Assembly (NCBI GenBank): GCA_030059675.1
Contig: JANVYQ010000013.1
Location: forward strand, 1 to 42,538
Length of the DNA: 42,538 nt
Reading direction: 5' to 3'
Origin: Candidatus Pelearchaeum maunauluense
Lineage (GTDB): Archaea > Thermoproteota > Nitrososphaeria_A > Caldarchaeales > Caldarchaeaceae
Positions 1 through 9,735 of the stretch are shown here, piece after piece. The position numbers were made by a program, and so were the translations under genes. How positions within the stretch are numbered: position 1 is the stretch's first letter; every line of letters begins with the position of its first letter. The notes beneath the pieces are model-generated. The model was given only the letters and a program-made list of their open reading frames with translations, searched no databases and had not been told where the DNA came from.

Positions 1-362
1 AGCTTCTCCAGCTCTGGCAGAGCCGTCTTCTCACCAGCGTCCACCAAGATGGTTTTCCCAGTAGTGTGGTCTCTCAGGGTGGCGGTAGAGCGGCCTCTCC
101 TCCTTATGCGCCACTCAACACTATAATCACGTCCCCCAACCGAGAAGCGGAGATACACCAAGGCGCTATCAGCGCGTCTGTTGATTACATTCTCATCCTT
201 CCCCCTGCTATGCTCTTTGTAGAGCACGTAGGATATTGCGTCTAGTATTGAGGTCTTACCTGAGCCGTTCTCGCCCACTATCACCGTGAGCCCTTCTGTG
301 AATTTCAGCTCGGTATCCCTGTGTGAGATGAAGTTTCTCAGCTTCAGCTCGCGCACTATCAC
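1..362 (-). CDS. rad50: Rad50 SMC-family ATPase, N-terminal part (runs off the window start)
   Basis: Manual translation from GTG at 362: MIVRELKLRNFISHRDTELKFTEGLTVIVGENGSGKTSILDAI. Contains Walker A GENGSGKTS; the start overlaps the mre11 stop (GTGA). Not in the ORF track because it is truncated. Confidence 0.92.
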   Translation of the reverse strand, partial: MIVRELKLRNFISHRDTELKFTEGLTVIVGENGSGKTSILDAISYVLYKEHSRGKDENVINRRADSALVYLRFSVGGRDYSVEWRIRRRGRSTATLRDHTTGKTILVDAGEKTALPELEK

Positions 363-1489
363 TTGCTTGACACCTCACCAGCCTCGCTGAGTATCGTCTC
401 CTCCAGCTCCTCCTCGCCGCCCCTCTTGAAAGCGTCATAGATTCTCAGCGCAAGCTCAATATCACGCTCCCCAAACCCCCTACCCAGCATATATTCCCTG
501 ACTATTGAGCGAATATCAAGCGAGCGCTGTATCTTCTCTAGACTAAACTCGCCTACTTCCTCATGAACCTCAAAACGGTGGTAGAGAACATCCCCGCCCA
601 GCTTCTCCAGCAGTATGCGCGCAACTTTACCAGCATCAACACCACGGCCTGAGACTGCTAGATGTACTATGGGCTTCTTGGCGAGGGTATGCGACCACCG
701 CCTAACCTCATCCAACGCGGCGGAAAGCTCCTCCTCTCTCGTCTCCACCATGCGCTGCGGCCTCACGCAGCTCAGCGTTATCTCGTGTAGTATGGGCTCT
801 TCTTTGGATAGGTCGGCTAAGTAGAAGCCCTTACCCATGCTCTCCCAGTCGGCTATCTCCGCGCGTGAGAGTATCTCCAGGGAGCCTGGGTATGCTGCGA
901 TGGTGTTGTGTATGTTTAGTTGTTGGCGTCTGTGTTCGTGGCCTAGTGCGTAGTAGCTGTAGCCCTTGGGTAGTTTGGCGATTCCAGCCCGTCCCCCGCG
1001 CTCAAGGGGTATGTGCGCTACTAGGACGCGCTTCTTCCCCGTCTCGTCAGCGGGACGCGCTATACTGTTAATGGCTTCCTCAAACATGCTGGGAGGAAGC
1101 TTATCAAGACCAGCAAACACAACAGCGCCCGAGGATAAGGATAGCTCAACTCTCTTCTGGCCTATGTGGATTAAGTTATCAAACAACGCTGTCGGCGGGA
1201 GCTCGTCAAGCCTCCTTGGATAGTCGTGGTCTCCCAACACGTGGAGAACTTTAACGCCCTTCTCCGCGAGCTGTGATAGTATTTTCTTAGCCCATGTCAG
1301 GGCTTTTACAGGCGGCCTAGGCGTGTCAAATAGGTCTCCAGCTATTATCACCGCCTCAACATGCTCGCGTAGTGCGTGTTCCACAGCCTCGGCAAACGCT
1401 TCGTATATGTCGTTCTCCCTCTCACCCAGGCCGTACTGCCTATACCCAAGATGAACATCAGCCATATGTGCGATAAGCGCCATCCCCAA
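359..1489 (-). CDS. mre11: DNA double-strand break repair nuclease Mre11
   Basis: Metallophosphoesterase motifs ADVHLG, AGDLFD, GDHD, ALGHEH and YPGS; translationally coupled to rad50. Confidence 0.92.
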   Translation of the reverse strand: MGMALIAHMADVHLGYRQYGLGERENDIYEAFAEAVEHALREHVEAVIIAGDLFDTPRPPVKALTWAKKILSQLAEKGVKVLHVLGDHDYPRRLDELPPTALFDNLIHIGQKRVELSLSSGAVVFAGLDKLPPSMFEEAINSIARPADETGKKRVLVAHIPLERGGRAGIAKLPKGYSYYALGHEHRRQQLNIHNTIAAYPGSLEILSRAEIADWESMGKGFYLADLSKEEPILHEITLSCVRPQRMVETREEELSAALDEVRRWSHTLAKKPIVHLAVSGRGVDAGKVARILLEKLGGDVLYHRFEVHEEVGEFSLEKIQRSLDIRSIVREYMLGRGFGERDIELALRIYDAFKRGGEEELEETILSEAGEVSSK

Positions 1490-1573
1490 TACCAGCGCGG
1501 CATGGCTGGATTTATCTTACTCTCCCCATCGTGTAGCTTGATATAGCGCTCAAACTACCTGGGAGATACGGTA

Positions 1574-3175
1574 TTGAGCAACAGGGATATTACTACGGCG
1601 CTGGAGTTCCATGAGCTGACCAAACACTCCTACACTAGCGTGAGGACTAGCACGCATAGGCTTGATTTGCATAATAGGCCATATCCGTTCAAGGTGTATC
1701 TTGAGGCTAAGCGCGTGGAGCTTCCCCGCGAGTTCCCCAAGCCCAGCCTCCCCACCTTGGAGGCGTTGGCTGGTAAGAACTTAAGAGAGAAGCGGGGAGA
1801 GCTGGATATAGCGGGGCTCGCTGAGATACTATACTTCTCCGCTGGAATAACACGCGTGCTTCGCAACCCCTTGGGCGAGTTCTATTTCAGAGCAGCGCCA
1901 GCAACAGGGGCTCTCTACCCGATTGAGCTCTACATAGTTTCAGGCGACATCCCTGGGCTTAGAGCGGGTGTTTATCACTTTGACCCAGGCGAGTTTATCC
2001 TCAACACACTACGCGAAGGGGATTATCGCGATTATTTGAGTAGAGCGGCTGGCGAAGAGCAGGCAGTAAGAGATGCGCCCGCGACTGTTGTTATGACATC
2101 AATAGCATGGCGTAATGCTTGGAAGTATCAAGTCCGCTCTTACCGCCACTGGTTCTGGGACTCTGGAGTTATAGCGGCCAACATGCTAGCCGTCTCCGTC
2201 TCTGAGATGATAGGAGCGCGCGTGATTATGGGGTTTGTGGATGAGATGGTGAATAAGCTACTATGCGTCGGCGGCTCGGTTGAGGAGGCAGCTATAGCGC
2301 TCATACCGCTAGCCGCTTCAGCGGGGGAGAAGGCTCCCAAGAAGAGGAGACGCGTATCCCAGGAGGAGCATAAGACGATGCCGCTCTCGCGGTACATCAT
2401 AAACTATCCAGCTATATGGCAGATGCATAAGGTATCGTCGCTAACCTCTGTTGAGGAGGTCAAGGAATGGAGGGGGCAGAGAGTAGAGCAGGTTGAAGAT
2501 AATTATGAGGGAGAGACCTATAAGCTTGAGGGCTGGGATGATGTTTCGTCCCCTCCTCTTTGGGAGACTATACTTAAACGCGGCTCCACGCGGAGGTTCG
2601 CTCAAAAGCCAATAAGCGAGAAACACCTAGCCACTATACTTGGATACTCAACACGCGGCCTGGATGCCGATTTCCTAAATAGTGGAGCAAGCCTCATAGA
2701 TGTTTACCTCATAGCCTCCTCGGTTGACGGCATACCAGCGGGGGCTTACTACTACGATAGGAAAAACAGCACGCTACTCCTACTCAAGCGCGGGGCGTTT
2801 AGAAGGATAGCTGGGTATCTCTGTCTTGAGCAGAAGCTGGGCGAGGACGCCAGTGTGGTCTTCTTCCTCATGACAAGGCTTAATCAAGTCCTACGTAGAC
2901 TGGGTAATCGCGGCTATAGGGCATGCCAATTTGAGGCTGGCGTGGTCGCTGGCAGGATGTACCTGGCGGCATACGCGTTAGGTTTGGGAGCTACTGGGCT
3001 GACTTTCTACGATGACGAGATTACGGAGTTCCTCTCACCCCATGCAAGAGAGAAGAGTAACATGCTGACTGTTGCTGTTGGCTTTCCCGCGTATAAGGCT
3101 AGGAGCGGAGAGATTCTGCTGGGCGTCGTGAAGCATGAGAGAAGGATGGAATACCCGCAGATAGGGAGGGGCTAG
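1574..3175 (+). CDS. SagB/ThcOx-family FMN-dependent dehydrogenase with two tandem nitroreductase-like domains
   Basis: RAAPATGALYPIELY motif, WKYQVRSYRH..WDSG, and a second domain with RGSTRRF and GYRACQFEAG. Confidence 0.8.
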   Translation: MSNRDITTALEFHELTKHSYTSVRTSTHRLDLHNRPYPFKVYLEAKRVELPREFPKPSLPTLEALAGKNLREKRGELDIAGLAEILYFSAGITRVLRNPLGEFYFRAAPATGALYPIELYIVSGDIPGLRAGVYHFDPGEFILNTLREGDYRDYLSRAAGEEQAVRDAPATVVMTSIAWRNAWKYQVRSYRHWFWDSGVIAANMLAVSVSEMIGARVIMGFVDEMVNKLLCVGGSVEEAAIALIPLAASAGEKAPKKRRRVSQEEHKTMPLSRYIINYPAIWQMHKVSSLTSVEEVKEWRGQRVEQVEDNYEGETYKLEGWDDVSSPPLWETILKRGSTRRFAQKPISEKHLATILGYSTRGLDADFLNSGASLIDVYLIASSVDGIPAGAYYYDRKNSTLLLLKRGAFRRIAGYLCLEQKLGEDASVVFFLMTRLNQVLRRLGNRGYRACQFEAGVVAGRMYLAAYALGLGATGLTFYDDEITEFLSPHAREKSNMLTVAVGFPAYKARSGEILLGVVKHERRMEYPQIGRG

Positions 3176-4365
3176 GACTGAGCCAGCTCCCTAGCCAAGA
3201 TATCAACCCCGTCATCGACGGTGCAGCCGAGAGCGCGTAGTGAGCCCGCTAGCGCAGCGATTGTGGGCAGGAGATAACGTGCACTGGCCGTAACGCCCAT
3301 GTGGCCTATTCTTATCACGCGCTTCTCCGAGTCGTTTATCCCGCCAGTTATCATTATTCGGTAGCGCTCAAGCATGAGCTTTACTAGTTCCTCTGCCTTT
3401 CCAGCAGCTTCGCGCGGTAGTTTGAGGGCTGTTACGGTTGGTGATGCGAATTCTTCCTTGGGCAGTATCTCCAGCCCCATGCTCCTCACAGCTTTTCTAA
3501 ACGCGCGCGCAACCCTTTTGTGCCGCGTATAACGTTTTTCCAAGCCCTCCTCCACAGCGGCGCGCGAAGCCTCGCGTAAAGCTAGGACTGAGTAGGTATT
3601 TACCGTTGTTGGGTATGGATGTCCATAGTCGCCCCACATGGAGATATAGTTGCGCCAGACCTCAAGGTTGGTGAACCAGCTGCGCGGCTTCTCGCGTCTC
3701 CTCTCAAAGGCTTTCAGAACCTCGCCGCTTATAGCAACTGGAACCGCGCCAGGCATGGCTGCTAGACACTTATTCGGATAGCCCACGCAGAAGTCTATAC
3801 CCCATCCATCCACATCTATATTCACACCACCGTAGGACGAGATAGCATCAACCAGAGTTAATACTCCATGCCTCCGCGCTATGCGCACATACTCCTCTAC
3901 TGGGCTCAGAGTCGCTGTTGATGTTTCGTTATGAACTAACAAGACCGCCTTGACTTCCTTATGATTTTCTAGAGTATTTTCAAGCTCGTCAGGGCTTACT
4001 ACGGAGCCGATGTCCGATTTGATTGTGATAACGTTAGCACCACAATACCTAGCCACCTCGCCGAACCTATCTCCAAAGAACCCGCTGCTCACGCAGATAA
4101 CAGTATCACCAGGCTCAACCACACTCGCTATACCCAGCTCCAGCGCGAGCGTCCCAGGGCCTGGAACAATTATTACATCACTCTTCTCCGTGTTGAATAT
4201 CTTTCTAGATAGCTCTATGGTCTCGTCGTAGATGGATTTCCACTCCCCGCCATAGTGGGCGTGAGGAGGAGAGCAGAGCACGCGCTGCACATCTGGATGG
4301 AGTTCTGTTGGCCCTGGTATCATCAGTATCCGCCTATCCATGAAGTAGCGCCATTCCTCGGCCAA
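3172..4365 (-). CDS. Class V PLP-dependent aminotransferase (serine-pyruvate/alanine-glyoxylate family)
   Basis: MIPGP N-terminus, VHNETST, VDAISS, PLP lysine in PNKCL, and IRIGHMG. Confidence 0.88.
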   Translation of the reverse strand: MAEEWRYFMDRRILMIPGPTELHPDVQRVLCSPPHAHYGGEWKSIYDETIELSRKIFNTEKSDVIIVPGPGTLALELGIASVVEPGDTVICVSSGFFGDRFGEVARYCGANVITIKSDIGSVVSPDELENTLENHKEVKAVLLVHNETSTATLSPVEEYVRIARRHGVLTLVDAISSYGGVNIDVDGWGIDFCVGYPNKCLAAMPGAVPVAISGEVLKAFERRREKPRSWFTNLEVWRNYISMWGDYGHPYPTTVNTYSVLALREASRAAVEEGLEKRYTRHKRVARAFRKAVRSMGLEILPKEEFASPTVTALKLPREAAGKAEELVKLMLERYRIMITGGINDSEKRVIRIGHMGVTASARYLLPTIAALAGSLRALGCTVDDGVDILARELAQS

Positions 4366-4564
4366 TCTAATACCCCGCCTCCCTGCTTCGTTAGCATCTC
4401 TAAATAACCGTTAATCGCCGATTATACAACGCTTCGCAGATTATCTCCTTTAAGCATCTCCGCCGACTATCGTTAAGCATATTTAGTTGATTATGCGTCT
4501 TGGTCATGAGATATAGTAAAAACCTCACGCGGCGTAATAGCAAATTAAGTTGGGCGGCTCTATG

Positions 4565-4969
4565 TTAGGGAGCTGGCGCGCTGTCTATCGCGTCGTTGGC
4601 CAGCTTATCTGCTCCCCGATTATCCTCCCTCCCCACGTGGATTATCTCAAAACTGTCAAACTCGGAAGCCATCTTGGAGGCCTTCTCAAACAGCTCTCTT
4701 ATGCGCTCGTTCCTCACACGATACTCCCCGCGCATCTGCTTAACCAGCAACTCGCTATCAGAATGCACCACAACATCCCTAACACCCAGCTTATAAACCG
4801 CCTCCAGCGCCATGATTAGAGCATGATACTCGGCTTCATTATTCGTCTTCACGCCCAGATACTTACTTATCCTATGCTCGTCGTCGTTGAGATAGATTAT
4901 AACGCCAGCTCCCGCTGGGCCTGGATTACCACGCGCAGCCCCGTCTATGTAGATGTATGCTTTCTTCAA
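4565..4969 (-). CDS. rnhA: Ribonuclease HI
   Basis: YIDGAARGNPGPAGAG, TNNEAEY, SDSELLVKQ and N..ADKLAN motifs. Probable start is TTG at 4969; the ORF-track start at 5008 overlaps rpl10e. Confidence 0.9.
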   Translation of the reverse strand: MKKAYIYIDGAARGNPGPAGAGVIIYLNDDEHRISKYLGVKTNNEAEYHALIMALEAVYKLGVRDVVVHSDSELLVKQMRGEYRVRNERIRELFEKASKMASEFDSFEIIHVGREDNRGADKLANDAIDSAPAP

Positions 4970-4976
4970 GCCTACA

Positions 4977-5483
4977 TTACTGAGCCTTGGCGAGCACCTG
5001 GCGTTCAACTATGTAATACTTCTTCGGGAGCTTCTTTGCGGCCAGCTCAAGAGCCTCCCTAGCGCGTTGAACGCCGTCGGCATATACTAGAACTCTGAAG
5101 ACAGGCCGACCTGGCTCCACGCGCGCTGCCCTCCCTACTGGCTTGCCGAAGGCGCGGCGCATACCCTCCTGAAGCCTATCCGCGTGAGCTCCGAATATCA
5201 TCTTATTCTCGCGCAGGATATGATGCGGATGCGCCTTAAGCTCTGCGAAGAAGTTCTCACCCAGCTTATCCGTCAGGAACTTGTTAAGCGTAATCCTAGC
5301 AGACTCTAGGGCAACATCCCTAATCTGGAGGCTTGTCTCTGGCATTAGGAGGAGCTCATGCGTGTAATCCTCGCGGTACGTCCCTGCGGAGAACTTTGTT
5401 ATCCTGATGGGTGGTGGTCCGTGGATATACTCGTGCCTAGTGTAGGGCATCCCTTCTATTGCGCGGTAGTTCTTGGCCTTCAA
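4977..5483 (-). CDS. rpl10e: 50S ribosomal protein L10e (uL16)
   Basis: HPHHILRENKM..GAHADRLQEGMRRAFGKPVGRAARV signature. Confidence 0.95.
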   Translation of the reverse strand: MKAKNYRAIEGMPYTRHEYIHGPPPIRITKFSAGTYREDYTHELLLMPETSLQIRDVALESARITLNKFLTDKLGENFFAELKAHPHHILRENKMIFGAHADRLQEGMRRAFGKPVGRAARVEPGRPVFRVLVYADGVQRAREALELAAKKLPKKYYIVERQVLAKAQ

Positions 5484-5528
5484 CGCCTTCTCACCTCACC
5501 AGCCTAACCTACCCCATGGCACCCACAA

Positions 5529-6146
5529 TTAAGGATTTAGCTTATGATGCCTCTCCCCCGTAGGCGCTGGCTCGCGGACGAATATTCGGTATTTCTCCTC
5601 CTTATTCATCAGCTCGTCCAGTATTCTCTTGCTTATTGAGCCTGGGGGGTCTAGTAGCCCTACCCTGTTCTTAACGTCCTCGTAGCTCTCAAAGGGCTTT
5701 GCATCCCGTTCTTCCAGTAGTTTTTGGAGCATCTTCTTCCCAACCCCTGGTATTAGCTCTAGCGCATGTAGCCTGGGCGTTAGTGGGTTGCTCTTGTTGA
5801 AGAAATCCACGAAGCGCTGCTCGTTCTCGTTTACGACCCGCTGTATCGTTGCTTCTAGGTTTAGCCGCGCCGTCTCGGTGAGGTCCTCAATACCTATGCG
5901 CCTGACGATGCGTATAAGCTCGCGGGGGGCGTCTCTTCCTATGTATATGCGCATCCCTATCTTGGGCTTGTATCTCTCGGAGACCGCAGCCTCCAAGAGT
6001 GTGAAGTACTCCTCACCAAGGAGCTGGACGATAAACTCGCTCTTTCCTATAGCGTGGTGGGTTGCCAGGCGCCTTCTCTGGGCTGCGGGAAAAATGTCAA
6101 GCACATAAGCATAATCCTCGTATCGCTTCGGCTTTGTCTTCTGCAT
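5529..6146 (-). CDS. DUF655 family predicted RNA-binding protein
   Basis: EDYAYVLD, GEEYFTLLE, FVDFFN, RLHALELIPGVGKK (HhH); conserved position downstream of rpo4. Confidence 0.88.
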   Translation of the reverse strand: MQKTKPKRYEDYAYVLDIFPAAQRRRLATHHAIGKSEFIVQLLGEEYFTLLEAAVSERYKPKIGMRIYIGRDAPRELIRIVRRIGIEDLTETARLNLEATIQRVVNENEQRFVDFFNKSNPLTPRLHALELIPGVGKKMLQKLLEERDAKPFESYEDVKNRVGLLDPPGSISKRILDELMNKEEKYRIFVREPAPTGERHHKLNP

Positions 6147-6186
6147 GGGATTTCACGTCGCAGCCCATAATGAGCCAAACAGGCCT

Positions 6187-6567
6187 TTACTCCTTAAGCT
6201 CGCCGTCAAGCGCCTGCTTGACCAAGCTCACGATACCCTGCATCTTCTCCTCCGAGAATAGGAGGAACGAGACTAGGCGCTTGTATCCGCTTAGGATTGC
6301 CCGAAGCTCCTCCACGCTTGTCGGGCATGAGTCGGCAACCTGCACGGCCTCCCCGCGTGTGAGGCCGTAGCTTGAGGGGTCCATGAGCTTCTTGATGAGG
6401 AGCTCCGCCTGGTCCGCGCGTAGCCTTGAGTATTTCCTGACGTAGCTTAGGGTGCGCATCTGTAGGGGATTTAGGGCTGTCTCATGCTCAGCCAATATAC
6501 GCTCAACTACCGCAATGGGAACCTCGGTCTTAGATAGGATTTTCCGCGCCACTACGCGCTCACCCAT
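6187..6567 (-). CDS. rpo4: RNA polymerase subunit Rpo4 (F)
   Basis: RTLSYVRKYS and AVQVADSCPTSVEELRAIL; lies between rpl21e and DUF655. Confidence 0.85.
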   Translation of the reverse strand: MGERVVARKILSKTEVPIAVVERILAEHETALNPLQMRTLSYVRKYSRLRADQAELLIKKLMDPSSYGLTRGEAVQVADSCPTSVEELRAILSGYKRLVSFLLFSEEKMQGIVSLVKQALDGELKE

Positions 6568-6848
6568 GGCTTGAGATGGTCTGGGAGAACAGAAATCTCC
6601 TTTGGCTTATCTCCCTGCATCACCCTAACCACGTAACCATGCCCCCTCTTCTCCACGACAGTGCCTATCTTACCATGATAACGGCGGTGGGGCATACCCT
6701 TCTGGACACTTGGCTCTATAACCACCAGAACCTTATCTCCTGGTTTATACTCGGTTAGGTAGATGTCAGGCCGTGGCCCGCTCCGCGCGCCGCGCGGCCT
6801 GGTTGTAAGACTCCTAGTCTTCCTCCTAAATCCCCTAGACCTTGCCAA
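6552..6848 (-). CDS. rpl21e: 50S ribosomal protein L21e
   Basis: SRGFRRKTR and VQKGMPHRRYHGKIG signature. Confidence 0.95.
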   Translation of the reverse strand: MARSRGFRRKTRSLTTRPRGARSGPRPDIYLTEYKPGDKVLVVIEPSVQKGMPHRRYHGKIGTVVEKRGHGYVVRVMQGDKPKEISVLPDHLKPWVSA

Positions 6849-6931
6849 CCGCCTTCACCAATCTCTGGTAATCTTAGTGCCTCTAGCCCCTATATAAAGG
6901 AGGATTACGCACGGCTCTGGCTTATAGCTCT

Positions 6932-8272
6932 TTAGGCCTCCACGACCACGACTGAGAGGTTGATCTTCTGAGGCCTCGCTCCCAGGGCTTCGGCTATGTT
7001 TGGCTTTGTCCTTCCTCCGTCGCCGTCTATCAGCTCCTTTATATACATCCCGCCCTGCGCCCTAATCGTAAAGACCACCTCGCGGGCGCTCCTCTGCTCT
7101 GCGCGGAGCTCGTATAGCGTCTTGTGCCGTAGCTTGTCTGCGCGCCGCGCCAGCACGCGTGTTGGTGTTCTCTGCTCTATCACGATATTCCTAAAACGCT
7201 CCTCAACCTCGCGGAGCTTCCCGCCATCTATATCGCTGTCAAACTCAACCTCAGCGACGTAGGTCTTTGAAGCGTGTGGGGACATGGCCTTAAGCTCCCT
7301 CACCTCCTTACGCGATGCCCTCCTAAGGCCGCGCACCTCAACAGCGCCGGCCGCGTGCTCGTTAATTAGGCGCTCAAGCTCGCTGAAGTCCAGAAGCCTT
7401 CTGCGCGGGCTTTTCAGCTCCAATACGAATGGCCTCCCAGTCCCCTCTACAAGCGCATCCACATCCTCGCGCCCCGCCGCGTGGAATTTGTAATCCAGGG
7501 CCTCGGCGTAGCTTGTTGCGGGTATTCCTATGAGCTCGCTCACGCTTGTCTCATATTCCTTGCCCGTATAGTTGCATGATGGGCATCCACGTCCCCAGCA
7601 TCTACGGCAGTGCCAAACGGCCTGGGGTAGGTCGCGCCTATGTTTTAGGTAAGAGCCGCGTATGAATAGTGGGTTGGACTTAATCTCAAACCTGTCGTTG
7701 AAGAAGTCTATTATCACGGTGATGTCTGGCATGTCGTAGCTGACTTTAGCGTTGGTGGAGGATTGGATTATCTTACCCACCTCGCGGGTTATGTCGTTCT
7801 TTATGTCCTCGCCGCTTGTTATGCCGAACTCGGAGCGTATTCGGTCTTCGCGTTCCCTTACGTCAGGCGGTATAGACGCGCCCAGCAGGAATGAGCCAAA
7901 CTCATACTCGCGTAGCTCTTCTAGTATTTTCTCTGCAAGCTTGTTGAATCTCTCCTCGCTTAGTAGGCCGCCGCAGATATGGCAGGGCTCCGTCTCCACC
8001 TTCACCCCCTTTCTCCTCTCTAGGATGAGCTGAGCCTGGCGCAGGCCGCCTTTTTCGGCCAGGATTCTCAGCTCATCAAAACCCCGTTCATCACCCAGCG
8101 AGGCCGAGGCATCAGCCTCCATCGCGAGAACAGTCTTTAGAGCCGAGCCGCGCTGTTTATTACTCATCCCCTGAGCCAGGCGTGCAAACTGCCGCCCCAA
8201 GCAATAGTCGCAGAGCGGATACTTGGCAAGCAGCTTGAGCGTTTTCTCCAATAAACGCGTCTGCTCAAACAT
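6932..8272 (-). CDS. pus10: tRNA pseudouridine(54/55) synthase Pus10
   Basis: LCDYCLGRQFA zinc site, THUMP-like region, catalytic FHAAGREDVD, QRTP.RV..RR and GMYIKELI. Confidence 0.93.
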   Translation of the reverse strand: MFEQTRLLEKTLKLLAKYPLCDYCLGRQFARLAQGMSNKQRGSALKTVLAMEADASASLGDERGFDELRILAEKGGLRQAQLILERRKGVKVETEPCHICGGLLSEERFNKLAEKILEELREYEFGSFLLGASIPPDVREREDRIRSEFGITSGEDIKNDITREVGKIIQSSTNAKVSYDMPDITVIIDFFNDRFEIKSNPLFIRGSYLKHRRDLPQAVWHCRRCWGRGCPSCNYTGKEYETSVSELIGIPATSYAEALDYKFHAAGREDVDALVEGTGRPFVLELKSPRRRLLDFSELERLINEHAAGAVEVRGLRRASRKEVRELKAMSPHASKTYVAEVEFDSDIDGGKLREVEERFRNIVIEQRTPTRVLARRADKLRHKTLYELRAEQRSAREVVFTIRAQGGMYIKELIDGDGGRTKPNIAEALGARPQKINLSVVVVEA

Positions 8273-8296
8273 TAGAGACCACCAACGATTAGCGTG

Positions 8297-9637
8297 CTAT
8301 TTTTGTAGGAGCTGTTTTGGAAGCTTCCACTGCGCCCTCTTCAAGCTTTTCATCATCTTCTTTGACATCTGATAGTTCTTCAGCAATTCCTTAACATCGC
8401 GCTCAAGCGTCCCAGAGCCGCGGGCTATTCTACGCGCGCGAGAGTCGTCTATTATGCTTGGGTTAGTCTTCTCTTCCTGCGTCATGGATTGTAGTATTGC
8501 GGTCCATTTCTTGATACGCTCCTCCGCTTTCTCCAGCTCTGCTTCAGGCAGGTCGGCCATACCAGGTATGGGCAGCTTGGAGAGTATCTTCCTTAGAGGG
8601 CCTAGCTTACGCATGTCGCGGAGCTGGTTAACCATATCCTCCAGGGTGAACCGCCCGCTCATCAGCGCTTTGATTCTCTCCTCGCTTGTCTCCAGCTCGG
8701 CTAGTTTAACTCGCTCAACCAGGCTCTCTATGTCTGGCATTCCGAGGAGTGAGGCTATGTAGCTTGATGGGCTGAAGGACTCAAAGTCCTCCACGCTCTC
8801 TCCTACGCCTATGAACTTTACCTTAGCGCCTGTGGCCGCTACCGCTGAGAGCGCCCCGCCGCCTTTTGCCGAGGTGTCCAGCTTGGTAACTATTATTGAG
8901 CCGAAGCGTGTTGCTTTGTGGAAAGCCTCGGCGTGGGCGCTGGCCTGCTGGCCTATCGTGCCGTCTATGACCAGCATGGCCTCGTCGGGCTTGATTGCAT
9001 TCTCCATCTCGCGCATCTCCTGCATCAGAGACTCCTGCTCCTTATGCCGCCCCGCCGTGTCTATGATTATCACATCCAGGTTCTGTTTCTTAAGCTCCTC
9101 AACACCTCTGCGCGCTATCCCCACAGCGTCGCCTGAGCCTGGCTCCCCGTATAGCGGTATCTGACGCGGCTCCAGGAGCTGTCTCAACTGCTCATAGGCG
9201 CCTGGCCTATAGGTGTCGGCGCATACAACCCCAACCTTATAGCCGCTCTTCTTCAGGTAGTTGGCAAGCTTGGCCGCTGTCGTGGTCTTCCCAGAGCCCT
9301 GAATGCCCAGAAGCATGATAACATACGGATGCTTACCGCCTGTAGTGAATTTGGGCGGCCTCTCACCTAGGAGAGCGGTAAGCTCCTCATACACTATCTT
9401 GACAATCTGCTCCTTCCTGCTTATCCCCTGCGGTAGCTTCTCCTCCAGCGCGCGCCGCCTAATCCTGTCCGAGAGCTCCTGAACAAGCTCAACGCGAACA
9501 TCCCCCATTATGAGGCCGCGTTGGATACCCCTAACAAGCTCCTCCACAGCCCTCTGGTCAGCCCCTGGGCCTGCGAGGAACTTGCTTATCGCGTCTTTAA
9601 TCGCCTTGCCTATAGCCATCTGAGGGCTCAATCCCAT
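8297..9637 (-). CDS. srp54: Signal recognition particle protein SRP54
   Basis: GIQGSGKTTT, DTAGRH, TKLDTSAKGGGALS and Met-rich M domain with RIARGSG. Confidence 0.95.
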   Translation of the reverse strand: MGLSPQMAIGKAIKDAISKFLAGPGADQRAVEELVRGIQRGLIMGDVRVELVQELSDRIRRRALEEKLPQGISRKEQIVKIVYEELTALLGERPPKFTTGGKHPYVIMLLGIQGSGKTTTAAKLANYLKKSGYKVGVVCADTYRPGAYEQLRQLLEPRQIPLYGEPGSGDAVGIARRGVEELKKQNLDVIIIDTAGRHKEQESLMQEMREMENAIKPDEAMLVIDGTIGQQASAHAEAFHKATRFGSIIVTKLDTSAKGGGALSAVAATGAKVKFIGVGESVEDFESFSPSSYIASLLGMPDIESLVERVKLAELETSEERIKALMSGRFTLEDMVNQLRDMRKLGPLRKILSKLPIPGMADLPEAELEKAEERIKKWTAILQSMTQEEKTNPSIIDDSRARRIARGSGTLERDVKELLKNYQMSKKMMKSLKRAQWKLPKQLLQK

Positions 9638-9735
9638 CTCCCCAACCTATGCTGGCAGTATTAAAGTTAGGGCTCATAATCGCGCGGGTAAAACCTTATT
9701 TCATACCCTACACGCTAATAGCTCCAAGGGGGAGG

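Noticed and set aside
4385-4480. Short imperfect repeats (AGCATCTC, CGCCGA.TAT, CGTTA) upstream of the aminotransferase
   Set aside because: Too short and irregular to call as an array or operator without comparative data.
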